Positions 27,813 through 39,130 of a stretch of DNA of 64,000 nucleotides are shown piece by piece. This DNA is from Rhodothermales bacterium. Its GTDB lineage: Bacteria; Bacteroidota; Rhodothermia; Rhodothermales; Bin80. The first letter of the stretch is position 1. Each line of letters opens with the position of its first letter. Both the position numbers and the translations under genes were made by a program. Location: assembly GCA_965200955.1 (NCBI GenBank), contig OZ241742.1:170320-234319 (forward strand), read 5' to 3'. Under the pieces are notes generated by a model that saw only the letters and a list, made by a program, of their open reading frames with translations, was not told the origin of the DNA and searched no databases.

Positions 27813-28556
27813 AATGATGGTAATTTGAATCCATCCGAAAAGATCTTTGCAACCACCAAACATTGGTTAAAGTTATATTTTGAGTAGCCTGCAAATTGCG
27901 ATCATTGTTTCTTGTTAGACTCTCAAGAATATTGAACATTACCAAAGTAAATCGTTGACTCATCCACCCTCTCAACATCTTGAACAAGCTTGCCTGATAA
28001 CTTATTCAAAGGATACTCAAGATCCTTCGTGTAACGCCCTTTGGAAAAAATATCCTTCAATGAAGGAGCTTCTAAGGTATTCTTTGTTATTCCAGTTGAC
28101 TTGACTCAATAACAAAATCTGTATCCGATTGTGAAACGTTTTTCACCGCTTCAAACCACAGTCAGAATAAAATTGAAAGTGATTATTGAAGTATATATCG
28201 GTACGAAAGTTCTCTTCTTTAACAACATTCGTGAGAGGATAATCCTCAAGATCTGATGGCGCTACTGAAAACCATGTCGTTATCCCAACATCAACCAAAG
28301 ACATTCTCTCGGGAATGCGGTGAAAAATGTGCAGTGCGTACTGATTTGGGTTTCTGTAGGAGTTAGGGTATTCAATGGGCGCGATGGCAAGGGGCAGGCG
28401 TAAATATTACAGAACTTGTAACCGCCCAGAATTTGCCCCGCCAAACGGTGTCCAACACATCAAGTCGTTATTGGATCAGAAGCTGTTAACAGAGCCTCCT
28501 TCCTAATTTAGCGGCACCAGAACGATTCAGTAGGTCCATAATGCACCAAGAATGTG

Positions 28557-28961
28557 TTATTCCTTGAACGATATGCGCTTAAAGAATGACCCTTCTTTTC
28601 GGGGTTTATCGCTATAGTGAAACAATTGATGTGCAGTCGCTATGGAAATGGCAGAATATATCGCGAAATTGCCCCATGCTCTAAAAGGGAGATGTAAGCC
28701 AGACAATAGGAATCCAATTACCAAAATGAACAAGATTTGAAATAACATGAAGAACCATGCCGGACTAAAGAGTTCAGTCTTTTTGGCTAACGGTTCATAT
28801 AGGAAAATGCCCACACCTAAAGCAACTGTAATCACTACGCCCCATAACAAGTCCATCTCGGTGTGAGCCCCATCAAATTCCCTCCAATAAAAATAAAGAG
28901 CACTTAGAGGAAATATTATTGGAAGAATAAGTCTCCCGACAAATTTATTCTTTTTTATCAT
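28557..28961 (-). CDS. Hypothetical integral membrane protein (about 4 TM helices)
   Basis: Hydrophobic segments LILPIIFPLSALYFYW, LLWGVVITVALGVGIFLY, AWFFMLFQILFILVIGFLLSGL, FAIYSAISIATA. No other motif. Confidence 0.55.
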   Translation of the reverse strand: MIKKNKFVGRLILPIIFPLSALYFYWREFDGAHTEMDLLWGVVITVALGVGIFLYEPLAKKTELFSPAWFFMLFQILFILVIGFLLSGLHLPFRAWGNFAIYSAISIATAHQLFHYSDKPRKEGSFFKRISFKE

Positions 28962-29852
28962 CTGGTTCTGGTTGAACTTAGGAAGATATTACCAAGTGTG
29001 CACGGTTGAACAACTGGAGCCTGTACGGTGTATCCTGCTGGACACATTTGGCCATCAGCCCTATTCTTGCATTGCCTTGACATCTGAACGCGTTATATAC
29101 CGCGTTGATTAGTCTCAGCTGTGACTAATGAGCCAAAAGTACACCCCCACAACTGCTGATTGTACTCAACAACATTAACGCAGGATAGATCAAATTTCAT
29201 TTGAATAAAGATCTTGGTTCGCACACTAGTATATGAAACTGGAATTGATTTTACAAATGGACTTGCGGTAAATACCCTACCAGACCTCGCAATCCCGAGA
29301 TTCCTCAGGCATCTTTTTCTAGGCCATCGTAATTGTCTCTATCGTATCCAGTACGGGTATCAACAGGCACAATCCCAAATAGTGCCTGTCAGATCATAAC
29401 CGGATTTCTTTAATAAGTTCATTCCAAACCCTCTTGGTGTGCCTTTTGTCCATTTTAGTCTCTATACTGTCCGCGAAGTTTTTCTGGCTTTGGTGAATCG
29501 GTTGAAGAATGTACGGTGATCTCCATAATCAGCATTTGGGATTTGATACCTATATTGAATGGACAGTATGAATGAGCATGACCTTCTTGCCCCGTGAAAT
29601 ACCCAGTATGCTCTTTCATTGCAGTGCAGAACCACTTATCCACGAACTCCATTTCATCAATTGTTTTTCTATTACCCATGCAACCGTTGTGAACTCCCCA
29701 TCTCAGGAGAGATTGGATTTCTGTGCAAGAATTTTCAGGATGCACAGCGGTTAGCCACAGAATTGATCCTAGTGCTTGATGGGGATGCCATTGATGATCC
29801 AAGACAAGTAGGTACTGGGGTTCAACCAGAACGCGTTCTATCACATGCCATC

Positions 29853-30299
29853 ATGAATCTGGATCCCTATGCTCCGCCTCGCGAAGTGATTGCCGCCGGA
29901 GGCATCGTCCGCCATCGCGTTAGTGGCCAGATCCTCTGCATCCAACGCCATGGAGTCACTGACCTGCCCAAAGGGAAACTGGATCCTGGAGAGTCAATCG
30001 CTACCTGTGCTATGCGAGAGTTGCAGGAAGAAACGGGGGCAACCGATCTGATTCAGGGAAAACTACTGGGAACAACCGTCCACGGATACCTACGGTCTGG
30101 TTTCTTTGAAATCAAAACTACCTATTGGTATGCATTCACCTCCGAAGCGACGGAGTTCTTGCCAGCCACCAATGAGGGCATTGACGATGTTTTCTGGCTT
30201 CCATTCCACCAAGCGGAAAAAATGCTTGGTTATGCTCCACTACAAAATTTTCTAAGGGATATAAGATCCGTGTTTGGAGAGGGATTTGACGGTCACTGA
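29853..30299 (+). CDS. NUDIX hydrolase
   Basis: Nudix box GKLDPGESIATCAMRELQEETG. The track ORF starts at 29619. The Met at 29853 (MNLDPYAPPREVIAAGGIV) gives a typical ~148-aa Nudix protein and avoids the low-quality N-terminal extension. Confidence 0.8.
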   Translation: MNLDPYAPPREVIAAGGIVRHRVSGQILCIQRHGVTDLPKGKLDPGESIATCAMRELQEETGATDLIQGKLLGTTVHGYLRSGFFEIKTTYWYAFTSEATEFLPATNEGIDDVFWLPFHQAEKMLGYAPLQNFLRDIRSVFGEGFDGH

Positions 30300-30507
30300 C
30301 CATTCAAAGGAGCGAAGTTTATCAAAAGATTCATTGATCCATAAGGATCGATCAAGTTGATCGTCTCATCATTCACAGAACCAGAAAGGACACGTGCAAT
30401 CTCACATGGTCGTCAACCGATCAAAACGACTACAGACGACCCATCGGTGAATTCATCCTATGCAGGAGTGAGATACGCATCCACACTCAGAATGTCAGAA
30501 CGATCTT

Positions 30508-31668
30508 TTATGTGGGGCGGACAACGGTGGGAACCCCATCCTGAATTTCAATGCTGCAACGGCCCTGAATCATATCCATCAGATCAACTCCAATGATTTC
30601 CCGCCGCCATCCGTCAAGGAAGACTTTTGGGGGGTGCTCAGGATCCAGCACGAAATCTCTCATCTTGGATGAGGATCCAATAAGGTCCGGCTCTATCGCA
30701 TGTTCATGCGCACGAAGAGCAACGAGGGACTGCATGAGGTGAACCTTCGCATGGTCAAGACTCGTAAGCGGACGCTTTGCAAGAGAAGGCGGGCATTGAT
30801 GATCTGGCGTTTTCAGTGCTTTTTCAACCCGTTGAGCGATTGTAGGATGGTACTGGCGAGGGAGCCCGGGGCATGCCTTGCGAACAGATTCAATATCCAC
30901 ACATTCGCGATGAGCCACGCGCAAAATGTCGACGTCCTTGAGTAACTTTTTGGGATGGATGGACCGTGTTTCTGATACATGCGTACGCCAATTCACAACG
31001 GACGCGACTCCTGCACGCTGGGCAGGACGCAGACCATAGGCGGCTGACAGGCGTAGGACTTTCTCTGCACTTGTAAGAGGAGTATAGAAAGCTGGATCAT
31101 TGTAGAGTAGCATTTCAGATTGAATCCAGCTCTGCCGACCCATCTTGTGGGCCCTTGAAAGCAGTCCATCACGAATCTGATGGAGATATTGTACATCCAG
31201 TTTTGCATACCTAATTTGAGCTTTTGACAGCGGACGCTGTAACCAGTCTGACCACTGATGCTTTTTTGAAAGTCGGATGCCAAGAAAGGTGTTGACAATT
31301 TCCTGCAACGAGTAATACATGCCAGCACCAAGTAACTGAGCTGCACGCTTTACATCAAAGATGTTTTGAGGAACGGCTCCCGATCTGTTGGCAATCAAGC
31401 ATAAATCCTGACCTGCATCATGCATGATCTTGACAATATCATGACTTTCAAGGACTGGACTTAGAGCACTTAAATCATCAAAAGCCAGTGCATCTATCAG
31501 AAAGGTGTCGCTGTTGTCAAACCCAACCTGAACCACGCATAAAACAGGGTCGGGATATCGCCCCGATATAAATTCGGTATCCAGAGCAATCTCCGATGAG
31601 GATTCCATCCTCGCACACAGATCCTGTAATTCTTGGAGAGAACTAATCATAAAGGAACCTTGTTGCAC
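30508..31668 (-). CDS. rnd: Ribonuclease D (DEDDy 3'-5' exonuclease + HRDC)
   Basis: Exo motifs IALDTEF, KIMHDAGQDL and YAKLDVQYL, with a C-terminal HRDC-sized region. 386 aa. Confidence 0.8.
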   Translation of the reverse strand: MQQGSFMISSLQELQDLCARMESSSEIALDTEFISGRYPDPVLCVVQVGFDNSDTFLIDALAFDDLSALSPVLESHDIVKIMHDAGQDLCLIANRSGAVPQNIFDVKRAAQLLGAGMYYSLQEIVNTFLGIRLSKKHQWSDWLQRPLSKAQIRYAKLDVQYLHQIRDGLLSRAHKMGRQSWIQSEMLLYNDPAFYTPLTSAEKVLRLSAAYGLRPAQRAGVASVVNWRTHVSETRSIHPKKLLKDVDILRVAHRECVDIESVRKACPGLPRQYHPTIAQRVEKALKTPDHQCPPSLAKRPLTSLDHAKVHLMQSLVALRAHEHAIEPDLIGSSSKMRDFVLDPEHPPKVFLDGWRREIIGVDLMDMIQGRCSIEIQDGVPTVVRPT

Positions 31669-31753
31669 TCTATCAAGTAAAAGGTGGGCTGTATAGGGAT
31701 TGTGAAATCCTTTTCGTCCAATTCTTACTTAATTTAAGTTTACTCTTTCTGAC

Positions 31754-32098
31754 ATGCCGTACATTGTTACTGAGCCATGTATTAACTGTAAGCATACCGA
31801 CTGTGTGGAAGTGTGCCCAGTGGACTGCTTCTATGAAGGACCTAATTTTCTGGTCATTCATCCAGACGAGTGCATTGACTGTAATGCATGCGTGCCCGTA
31901 TGCCCAGTTGAAGCGATCTACCCCGACGACGAAGTTCCAGAGAAGTGGGAGCATTTCATTGAATGGAATTCGTATCTCGCAGAAAAATGGCAAGAGCAGG
32001 ATCACAACATCATTGAACGTCAGGATCCCATGCCTGACGCAGAAGAGTGGAAAACTCGCGAAAAATCCGAAGAGAATATTCTGGAGTGGGACGCTTAG
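31754..32098 (+). CDS. fdxA: 7Fe (3Fe-4S/4Fe-4S) ferredoxin
   Basis: [29 protein letters not shown]...[21 protein letters not shown], the classic FdxA cysteine pattern. Confidence 0.85.
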   Translation: MPYIVTEPCINCKHTDCVEVCPVDCFYEGPNFLVIHPDECIDCNACVPVCPVEAIYPDDEVPEKWEHFIEWNSYLAEKWQEQDHNIIERQDPMPDAEEWKTREKSEENILEWDA

Positions 32099-33372
32099 GT
32101 TCCCGCAGAATAGTCCGTTGCATAAGCCTTCTGCTCAGGGGTTAGCGTGTCAATACTGAGCCCCATCGTTTCCAACTTGAGTCGTGCGATCTCTTCATCC
32201 ACGGAGGCAGGCAGATCAATGACCTGCTTCGGCAGTGTCGTTCCCTGCTGTTTTGACTGAATCAGATGAAGGTGTGCCATAAATTGATTGGCAAAACTCA
32301 TGTCCATGACTTCCGAAGGATGACCCTCCGCCGCTGCAAGGTTCACTAAACGACCGTCCGCAAGAACATACACTTTCGTTCCGTCCTCTCGGGTATACTC
32401 ACGATTATCGGGGCGGATCTCTCGCTGGCCCGTGGTAAGATCAGCAAGTTCAAGGAGGTTTAATTCCACATCATAGTGCCCAGTATTGCACACAATCGCT
32501 CCGTCCTTCATGGATTCAAAATGATGCCCACGAATGACATCTTTCATTCCCGTGGCCGTCACAAATACATCTCCAATACGGGCCGCCTCCTGCATTGGCA
32601 TCACGCGCATGCCATCAAGAGTCGCCTTGAGGGCAGCTGCAGGTCGCACCTCGGTGACGATGACATTCGCTCCCATTCCGCGCCCCCGTATGGCAACGCC
32701 GCGGCCGCAGTGACCATAGCCAGCTACAACAAGGTTTTTTCCTGCTAGGAGCACACTACTGGCTCGAAGAATCCCATCCAGAGTAGACTGGCCCGTACCA
32801 TAGACGTTATCAAAATCCCATTTCGTTTCCGTATCATTGACGGCATACACGGGATACAGTAATTTACCATCCTCGGCCATGGCCCGTAACCTTTGAACTC
32901 CTGTCGTCGTCTCCTCACTTCCTCCAATGATATGATCAGAAAGATGGGGGAATCGCTTGTGAATGGTAAAAATCAAATCTGCCCCATCGTCAAGTGTCGT
33001 ATCAGGGGCTTTATCAATGGTACGGTCAATGCTCCAGTAAAATTCTTCTACATTCTGCCCGTACCATGCGTAGATCTCAATGCCTCCAAGTGCAAGGGCG
33101 GCAGCGACTTCATCATTAGTGGAAAGAGGATTACAGCCACTCCATGACACCTCAGCACCACAGGCCGCCAGAGTTTCAATGAGGACAGCCGTCTCTTTGG
33201 TGACATGAAGACAGCCAGTAATTTTATAGCCTTTGAATGGTTTTGATGCAGAGAATTGTTCTCTCAGACGCATCAGTACGGGCATTCGACTTTCCGCCCA
33301 CTCAATTCTCATCCGCCCTTTGTCTGCAAGACTCAAATCACGAACTTTGTATGTACCTTCACGGTGGTCCAT
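32095..33372 (-). CDS. ahcY: Adenosylhomocysteinase
   Basis: [43 protein letters not shown] and the NAD-binding [12 protein letters not shown]. 425 aa. Confidence 0.92.
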   Translation of the reverse strand: MDHREGTYKVRDLSLADKGRMRIEWAESRMPVLMRLREQFSASKPFKGYKITGCLHVTKETAVLIETLAACGAEVSWSGCNPLSTNDEVAAALALGGIEIYAWYGQNVEEFYWSIDRTIDKAPDTTLDDGADLIFTIHKRFPHLSDHIIGGSEETTTGVQRLRAMAEDGKLLYPVYAVNDTETKWDFDNVYGTGQSTLDGILRASSVLLAGKNLVVAGYGHCGRGVAIRGRGMGANVIVTEVRPAAALKATLDGMRVMPMQEAARIGDVFVTATGMKDVIRGHHFESMKDGAIVCNTGHYDVELNLLELADLTTGQREIRPDNREYTREDGTKVYVLADGRLVNLAAAEGHPSEVMDMSFANQFMAHLHLIQSKQQGTTLPKQVIDLPASVDEEIARLKLETMGLSIDTLTPEQKAYATDYSAGT

Positions 33373-33435
33373 TAATGATTGATAGTTGTTTAGATAAAAG
33401 AAGCCGTTGAACGAGGATGAGTCAGCTGTGTTCGC

Positions 33436-36400
33436 CTATCGCAGGAGCATAATCGGCTGTTGATACAGTGAATTTCCTGCATTCATCCGAACCCAGTAAA
33501 TCCCGGGTGCAAGCCCGTTAAGGTTCAAATGAAAAGCATACCCCCCTGCCTCAACTCTCTGATTGGTGATGGTTTGTATGCTCTGCCCCAGTGCATTGAA
33601 AAGGGAAATATGAACATTCATCTGTTCAGGAATGACATAGCTGATGGTGGTTTCTCCTAGGAATGGATTCGGGAAATTCGGATAAAGAACCACCTCAGTA
33701 GAGATCGGTTCGGGTCGCTGATCGTTCGTCAAACGGTAGTACTGTGCCTCAAGGACCTCCCAGTAATCCCCATCCACCTTTTGAGCTCCATGAATTAAAT
33801 CCAGACGGATCTGGTAAGGCTGTCTCTTGGATGAAAGATCAAACCAAGAATCAACGGGTTCACGCATTTCACCAGAAAAACTTGACCTCTGTGCCTGAGT
33901 TGTATGAGCAGGGTCACGATCAGTGGTGAGCACTCCCCAGGAATCCCCTCCATCGGTAGAGATACTGACACGCCCTCTACTTCCATTACCAAGGTTGTAG
34001 GCATGGCGGAGTCGTAGCATCGTTTGATCCGAACTGCCTGAAAAGAATGCTGGTGGCAAAACGATGGACGATAGCCCAGAGTGTACATCCGTCTGTGCAG
34101 AGAACGTTTCGTTCACATTGGACCAGGCTCCACTTAGGCGTGCATTGGTCAAGGCGGGAAGCGGAGTTTCGGAGGAAATATGGAAAAAGTAGGGAGTATC
34201 CTGAGAAGGCTCTCCTAAAGTGAGCTGATTCGCATCAAAATCGCGTATGGTAATGTAGTACTCTACTGTTTGACTGGAAGGGATTGCATCAACGGGAAGA
34301 TGGACTCGATACCAGTCGGAATTGAATCCCATCGGCCGGAGTCGGTAGGTTTGAATGCCATCCGATGGGCTGTCGGTTGAATTCAGCAGATGAAGACGGA
34401 CGGATTCAATTCCAGGATCATCACTGGCTGAAACTCGAACAGGGAATGCATTCTGGTTAGGTGAAATAAATTGATTGACATAGGGGCTATACAGAACTTC
34501 AGGAGGGCTTGTATCCACTGGAGGTTGGATGAGCACCCGTGCATCGCGCACCGCCCACCCCGCATAACCATTGGTGGTTTCATGGCTGTTGCCTGATCCG
34601 GTTCCAAATGCCAAGCGGGTACTTATGTCCAGTCTGTATGCACCAGCGGGGGCATCGGGTAACGGAACGCGAACCCGCCTCCAGCCAAAGCTAGATCCCC
34701 CATAGGCAGGAGTTCCTTCTATTGGATTTGACTGGCTCATGATCACATTGCCATTGTATCCCCACTGGGGAGTAGCAATGAACCATGACTGTCCACCATT
34801 GACGGACATTTGAATTTGTCCTCCATCATGGATTACCCCACCCGATTCCCCAGGACCAGGTACATCAATATTCTCAAAATCATACCAATGCCAGAATTCA
34901 AGTTGAGCATCAGAATAACCCACCACATTTACATCAGCAAATGTGAGAAAACTAAGGCTGGACTGATCGGTGTAGGCAATCCCTGAGGTTGTCGACCAAA
35001 ATGGACCTGAATGGCCAAGATCATCCCGTGAAATACCCCATTCTCCCTGTACCAATGGATCTTCCTCTCTGGGGTGCCAGATCCCAAGTTCATTGGTGCC
35101 CGGTAGAACATCAAGACGAAGAAGGGGGGCATCTTCGGAGGGGAAGGATGCAACATTGGGGGGATCTCCTGAATCCGAGGCGATAATCCGATATTCCATC
35201 TTCGTTCCCGGCAACGCACCCTCGGAAATATCCAGTTGAGAGAGGGTAAATGTGAAGGAATCATTACCACTTCGCACGAGAGAGAAGGTGCCAGAGGATG
35301 TATTCAAGTCCTCAGAAGATGTAACGACATACTCAATAGACGCTTGCGTGACCCCCACATTATCGGTAATCAGAATCGAGATTGGTTGCGTGGCATCCTG
35401 AATGGAGAGATGAGTGACAGGAGAGTAGCTGATGGTTGGAGCGACTTGATCTGGACCGATCCCAACACTCCAGAAATTGTCTGGGGCAGAGGGAGGGAGT
35501 GTATTGGTAGAGACCGATGTGGAAGCCTGAATATAGTATTCCAGAAGAGAGCTTGATGGAGGCAAATCAATCTCTGCACTCCAGAGCATATTTCCAAGAT
35601 TCGTTAGGGAGAGGGATTGAAACTCTCCTTTATCAAACCGATACAGTACCTCAGCATTGGAGATTTCAATGCCGGGAGCTTGAATGGTTGCCTGAATTTG
35701 AATGAATTCGGTGTTATCCTGAAGATGTCGTGGTGGAGTATGAGAGATCTGTGGAATCCCATATTGGGCATCTACGAATCCATTGGGAGAAAACACTTCC
35801 ATAATGTCATTTGCAAATTCGCCATTATACATGGCTTTGTCAGCCTTGAGAAGTGCAATCACCATATCGCGAGCCGTAAAGTTGGACCCGAGATAACTAA
35901 AACCAGCTAGGTGCAGACGGTCAGCATTGGTACGATTAATGCGTTCCTGTAAACGCATCATGAGTGCTGCCCAAGTGGTTCCGTAGGTATAAAAATTGCA
36001 ACGTCCCCGACATTCTCGCTGGATCTCGCTATAGTGATGATCACCATCAGCACGGCGCCCTCCCCAGGCAACCCCGTCCCATGGAAATACCTGCCTCCAA
36101 TCTCGTTGAGGAACCATCCCGGTGTCCATGAGATGTTTGCGATAAGAAACGGCCCAATAATCAGCGAATCCTTCGGCAAGAACAAGTTGTTCTCGTGCAC
36201 GCCAAACCCTTCTAACCCGATAATACATGATGGCGTGTCCATACTCATGGAGAATAACTCCCACATCTTCCGCATCATCAACACCACCGTCACCAAAACT
36301 CAATGAATTCCGCAGTGGAGTAAACCATGAATTATCATCAGTACTGGCATGAGGATTTGCCGTGATTGGTCGCCTCGGTGGAGAATCTCCAGTATTAAGA

Positions 36401-37479
36401 CTTTGAATATAACGCTGGCTCTCGTCAATAAAGTAATAGACCATGACGGCTTCAAATCGATCATCACTTCGGGTATATTTAAAAGCAGATGGATCACTTT
36501 CCACCGGAGGAGTGGAACCAGTGATTCGAATCCATGGCCCATTGAGACGATACGATCCATCAGACCTCTGTTCAATGTCTTGAAGTGTCACATTAGTGAG
36601 CAGGTTGTTGAGCGTTGGATTATCCAAGTCATTATTGTCCGTTAGATCTCCACCATAAGGTTGCCCAGATGCGGTGAGAGGATCATACAGCCAGATGCTA
36701 CCCTCTCCGTCTACTTTTGAAGAAGAATCATCATGTGAAAAAATACGCTGATCCATCAACTGAATGAGGGTTCCACTCTGTGCGTCAAGGAGGACTTCCC
36801 ATTCGCTAGGATCAGCGTCAGGCCAAACGATGACACGCCATATCAACCTTGGTGGATGATCAGGAAGGACCAGTAGTTCGGCGGGTGTAGAGGTTGCACC
36901 TTCAGGGGAAATGGCATCTTGGGCTATAGATTCTGCCTGAGAAGCAGTGATAGATGGGTTGGAGTCAAATAGACCAACATCCTCAAGATGGGGTTCATAA
37001 CTACTTGTCGCCATAACTGGAAGACCAGAGCTGTCAAGGTTGACATGCAGATACCGTTCGTAGACTTTGACCCCTCCCAGCGTCTGTTGAAAGGTCAGAT
37101 GGTGTGCACCTACGGTTTCCGTTTGGTGGATCAATTCCAAGTGTTCGGGAAAATGAATCCCAAACTCTGGTCCATCATGTTCCAGCCATGCTCGGACGGT
37201 TGCCTCAGGGGTTGAATGAGCCGTGATCGTTGGATAGAGTTGATAGGCTGCACGCAGAATTTCCAGCTCTTTATCCATCCGACCATTCGCAATGTCAACA
37301 GTTGGAATGTCCACCCAGGCATTTTCTGTAACGACAGCGGATCTGGAGGACAGTGGGAGAGCCATCAATGCATCAGAGCGATCCTGTGCAAGGGCAGTCA
37401 TGGTTCCACAATAGAAGAGGAAGACAACGAGTCCAAGACTTCGCATTAGAATGTGTAATGGTTGGTGATGATCACGCAA
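33436..37479 (-). CDS. Very large secreted zinc metalloprotease with T9SS C-terminal sorting domain
   Basis: Signal peptide, FTP/PepSY-like propeptide (HHLTFQQTLGGVKVYERYLHVNLD), HExxH site ILHEYGHAIMYY. The C-terminus VLYPNFPNPFLGETTISYVIPE...GIYWVRMNAGNSLYQQPIMLLR is typical of T9SS type-A CTDs. Confidence 0.8.
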   Translation of the reverse strand: MRDHHQPLHILMRSLGLVVFLFYCGTMTALAQDRSDALMALPLSSRSAVVTENAWVDIPTVDIANGRMDKELEILRAAYQLYPTITAHSTPEATVRAWLEHDGPEFGIHFPEHLELIHQTETVGAHHLTFQQTLGGVKVYERYLHVNLDSSGLPVMATSSYEPHLEDVGLFDSNPSITASQAESIAQDAISPEGATSTPAELLVLPDHPPRLIWRVIVWPDADPSEWEVLLDAQSGTLIQLMDQRIFSHDDSSSKVDGEGSIWLYDPLTASGQPYGGDLTDNNDLDNPTLNNLLTNVTLQDIEQRSDGSYRLNGPWIRITGSTPPVESDPSAFKYTRSDDRFEAVMVYYFIDESQRYIQSLNTGDSPPRRPITANPHASTDDNSWFTPLRNSLSFGDGGVDDAEDVGVILHEYGHAIMYYRVRRVWRAREQLVLAEGFADYWAVSYRKHLMDTGMVPQRDWRQVFPWDGVAWGGRRADGDHHYSEIQRECRGRCNFYTYGTTWAALMMRLQERINRTNADRLHLAGFSYLGSNFTARDMVIALLKADKAMYNGEFANDIMEVFSPNGFVDAQYGIPQISHTPPRHLQDNTEFIQIQATIQAPGIEISNAEVLYRFDKGEFQSLSLTNLGNMLWSAEIDLPPSSSLLEYYIQASTSVSTNTLPPSAPDNFWSVGIGPDQVAPTISYSPVTHLSIQDATQPISILITDNVGVTQASIEYVVTSSEDLNTSSGTFSLVRSGNDSFTFTLSQLDISEGALPGTKMEYRIIASDSGDPPNVASFPSEDAPLLRLDVLPGTNELGIWHPREEDPLVQGEWGISRDDLGHSGPFWSTTSGIAYTDQSSLSFLTFADVNVVGYSDAQLEFWHWYDFENIDVPGPGESGGVIHDGGQIQMSVNGGQSWFIATPQWGYNGNVIMSQSNPIEGTPAYGGSSFGWRRVRVPLPDAPAGAYRLDISTRLAFGTGSGNSHETTNGYAGWAVRDARVLIQPPVDTSPPEVLYSPYVNQFISPNQNAFPVRVSASDDPGIESVRLHLLNSTDSPSDGIQTYRLRPMGFNSDWYRVHLPVDAIPSSQTVEYYITIRDFDANQLTLGEPSQDTPYFFHISSETPLPALTNARLSGAWSNVNETFSAQTDVHSGLSSIVLPPAFFSGSSDQTMLRLRHAYNLGNGSRGRVSISTDGGDSWGVLTTDRDPAHTTQAQRSSFSGEMREPVDSWFDLSSKRQPYQIRLDLIHGAQKVDGDYWEVLEAQYYRLTNDQRPEPISTEVVLYPNFPNPFLGETTISYVIPEQMNVHISLFNALGQSIQTITNQRVEAGGYAFHLNLNGLAPGIYWVRMNAGNSLYQQPIMLLR

Positions 37480-37498
37480 CGATACTATCAGAAAGAGC

Positions 37499-38692
37499 TC
37501 AGGATGAACGCATCAGATCTGATACTGCATCCAGTGATTCCCAAGGAAAACCTTTCCGTCCAAAATGCCCGTATGCGGCCGTTTTTTGATAGATGGGTTG
37601 TTTGAGATTCAGGCGTTCAATGATGCCTGCGGGTCGTAGATCAAAGGTACGCTTGATGATCTCAACCAGATCGGAATCGGAGAGTCCATGGCGGACGGTC
37701 CCGAACGAGTTTGCAAAAATGGAGACAGGTTTGGGATCTCCTATGGCGTATGCAATCTGGATTTCCACCATTTCGGCGAGGTCTGCTGCGACTAGGTTTT
37801 TGGCTACATAGCGTGCTGCATAAGCTGCGGATCGGTCCACCTTCGTAGGATCTTTTCCACTGAAGGCACCACCACCATGTGCACCCCGCCCACCGTAGGT
37901 ATCCACAATGATCTTCCGACCTGTAAGCCCCGCATCGGCATGGGGTCCCCCAAGTACAAATTCACCAGCACTATTGACAATGACCCTGGTGGAATCATCC
38001 ATGAGCTGGGGGTCAATCACATGTCCGATCAAGTGCGTTTTAATATCTCTTTCGATCTGCTGCTGACTGATGCCACGGTCATGCTGCGTGGCAATGACAA
38101 TCGTGTCCACTCGTTTGGGAATCTGTCCCGTTTCATCATACTCAACGGAGACCTGACTTTTGGAGTCAGGACGCAGATACGGCATCACCGTTGTTGTCTT
38201 GCGAATCTTGGCCAGTTTCTCAACGAGGCGGTGTGCATAGATCAGCGGCATGGGCATCAAGGTCTCGTGGCCGTCCTGGGATTCGCTGAATTCGCGGCAT
38301 GCATAGCCAAACATCATGCCTTGATCTCCTGCACCCTGTTCACGGTCTACTCCTTTGGCAATGTTATCGCTTTGCTCATGGATAAGATCGGTGATTTCAA
38401 CGGAATCCCAGCAGAAATCCAGTTCCTTGTAGGTGTAGCCAATCTCACGTATGACATCACGAACAACCGATGCACGCTCTTGCGGATTGATGGGAGATGA
38501 AGACTGCGTTTCTCCAGGAATACGAGTTTCGCCCGCAAGAACTACTTGATTGGTGGTGACCATCGTTTCCACGGCTACTCGACTTTCAGGGTCGTGTCGC
38601 AAGTATGTATCCAGAATTGCGTCTGATATCTGATCGCAAACCTTGTCAGGGTGGCCTTCGGAAACAGACTCAGATGTGAATAAATACGCCAT
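37499..38692 (-). CDS. metK: S-adenosylmethionine synthetase
   Basis: MAYLFTSESVSEGHPDKVCDQISDAILD, GAGDQGMMFGYA and GGGAFSGKDPTKVDRSAAY. Confidence 0.95.
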   Translation of the reverse strand: MAYLFTSESVSEGHPDKVCDQISDAILDTYLRHDPESRVAVETMVTTNQVVLAGETRIPGETQSSSPINPQERASVVRDVIREIGYTYKELDFCWDSVEITDLIHEQSDNIAKGVDREQGAGDQGMMFGYACREFSESQDGHETLMPMPLIYAHRLVEKLAKIRKTTTVMPYLRPDSKSQVSVEYDETGQIPKRVDTIVIATQHDRGISQQQIERDIKTHLIGHVIDPQLMDDSTRVIVNSAGEFVLGGPHADAGLTGRKIIVDTYGGRGAHGGGAFSGKDPTKVDRSAAYAARYVAKNLVAADLAEMVEIQIAYAIGDPKPVSIFANSFGTVRHGLSDSDLVEIIKRTFDLRPAGIIERLNLKQPIYQKTAAYGHFGRKGFPWESLDAVSDLMRSS

Positions 38693-38868
38693 TTATTTAT
38701 GGGAAAATGAATAAAATAGAACCAATACCAGTCCATATAGGTTAAACACAGCTTTTACAGCGTATCTCCTATTTTGTGCGAAAAGATAGGGTTTACTGTA
38801 ACATGTTTTTCTTGCCGCACAAAGCTTGTGGCGGTTTCTCTTGAACATTAAGATTTCACAATTTTCTC

Positions 38869-39105
38869 ATGTCAGAACTTGCTGATAAGATTAAGGCAAT
38901 CGTTGTAGATAAATTAGGGGTTGCGGAGGAGTCCATTTCTCCAGAAGCCTCATTCACCGATGATTTGGGAGCAGACTCTCTTGACACGGTGGAGCTCATC
39001 ATGGAGTTTGAAAAAGAATTTGATGTCAGTATTCCCGATGAGGATGCTGAAAAGATTGCGACCGTTGGGGATGCTATTGAGTATTTGACCGAAAAGAGCG
39101 GCTAG
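38869..39105 (+). CDS. acpP: Acyl carrier protein
   Basis: 78 aa with the phosphopantetheine site [16 protein letters not shown]. Confidence 0.95.
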   Translation: MSELADKIKAIVVDKLGVAEESISPEASFTDDLGADSLDTVELIMEFEKEFDVSIPDEDAEKIATVGDAIEYLTEKSG

Positions 39106-39130
39106 TTTTTCCGTTCCGAATCGCTAGCCA

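Noticed and set aside
29455-29852. 129-aa minus ORF, and the 78-codon N-terminal extension of the Nudix ORF (29619-29852), which overlap each other.
   Set aside because: Neither shows a motif and they are mutually exclusive. The Nudix domain is complete from the Met at 29853. The region is left unannotated.
37877-38500. 207-aa + strand ORF, and many similar 60-145-aa ORFs inside large genes (for example 4895-5269, 39767-40129, 52415-52852, 56291-56722, 61139-61546).
   Set aside because: They lie antisense to or out of frame within genes that have unambiguous conserved motifs (metK, amidohydrolase, fabF, CRTAC1, LRR). They are shadow ORFs.
38693-38868. SAM riboswitch expected upstream of metK (the minus-strand leader contains TCAAGAGA and UAAAAGCUG strings).
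   Set aside because: The SAM-I core (GAGGGA...GCAACC...) is not present. I cannot evaluate SAM-II/SAM-V pseudoknots reliably by eye. An Infernal scan (RF00162, RF00521, RF01826) is needed before any call.
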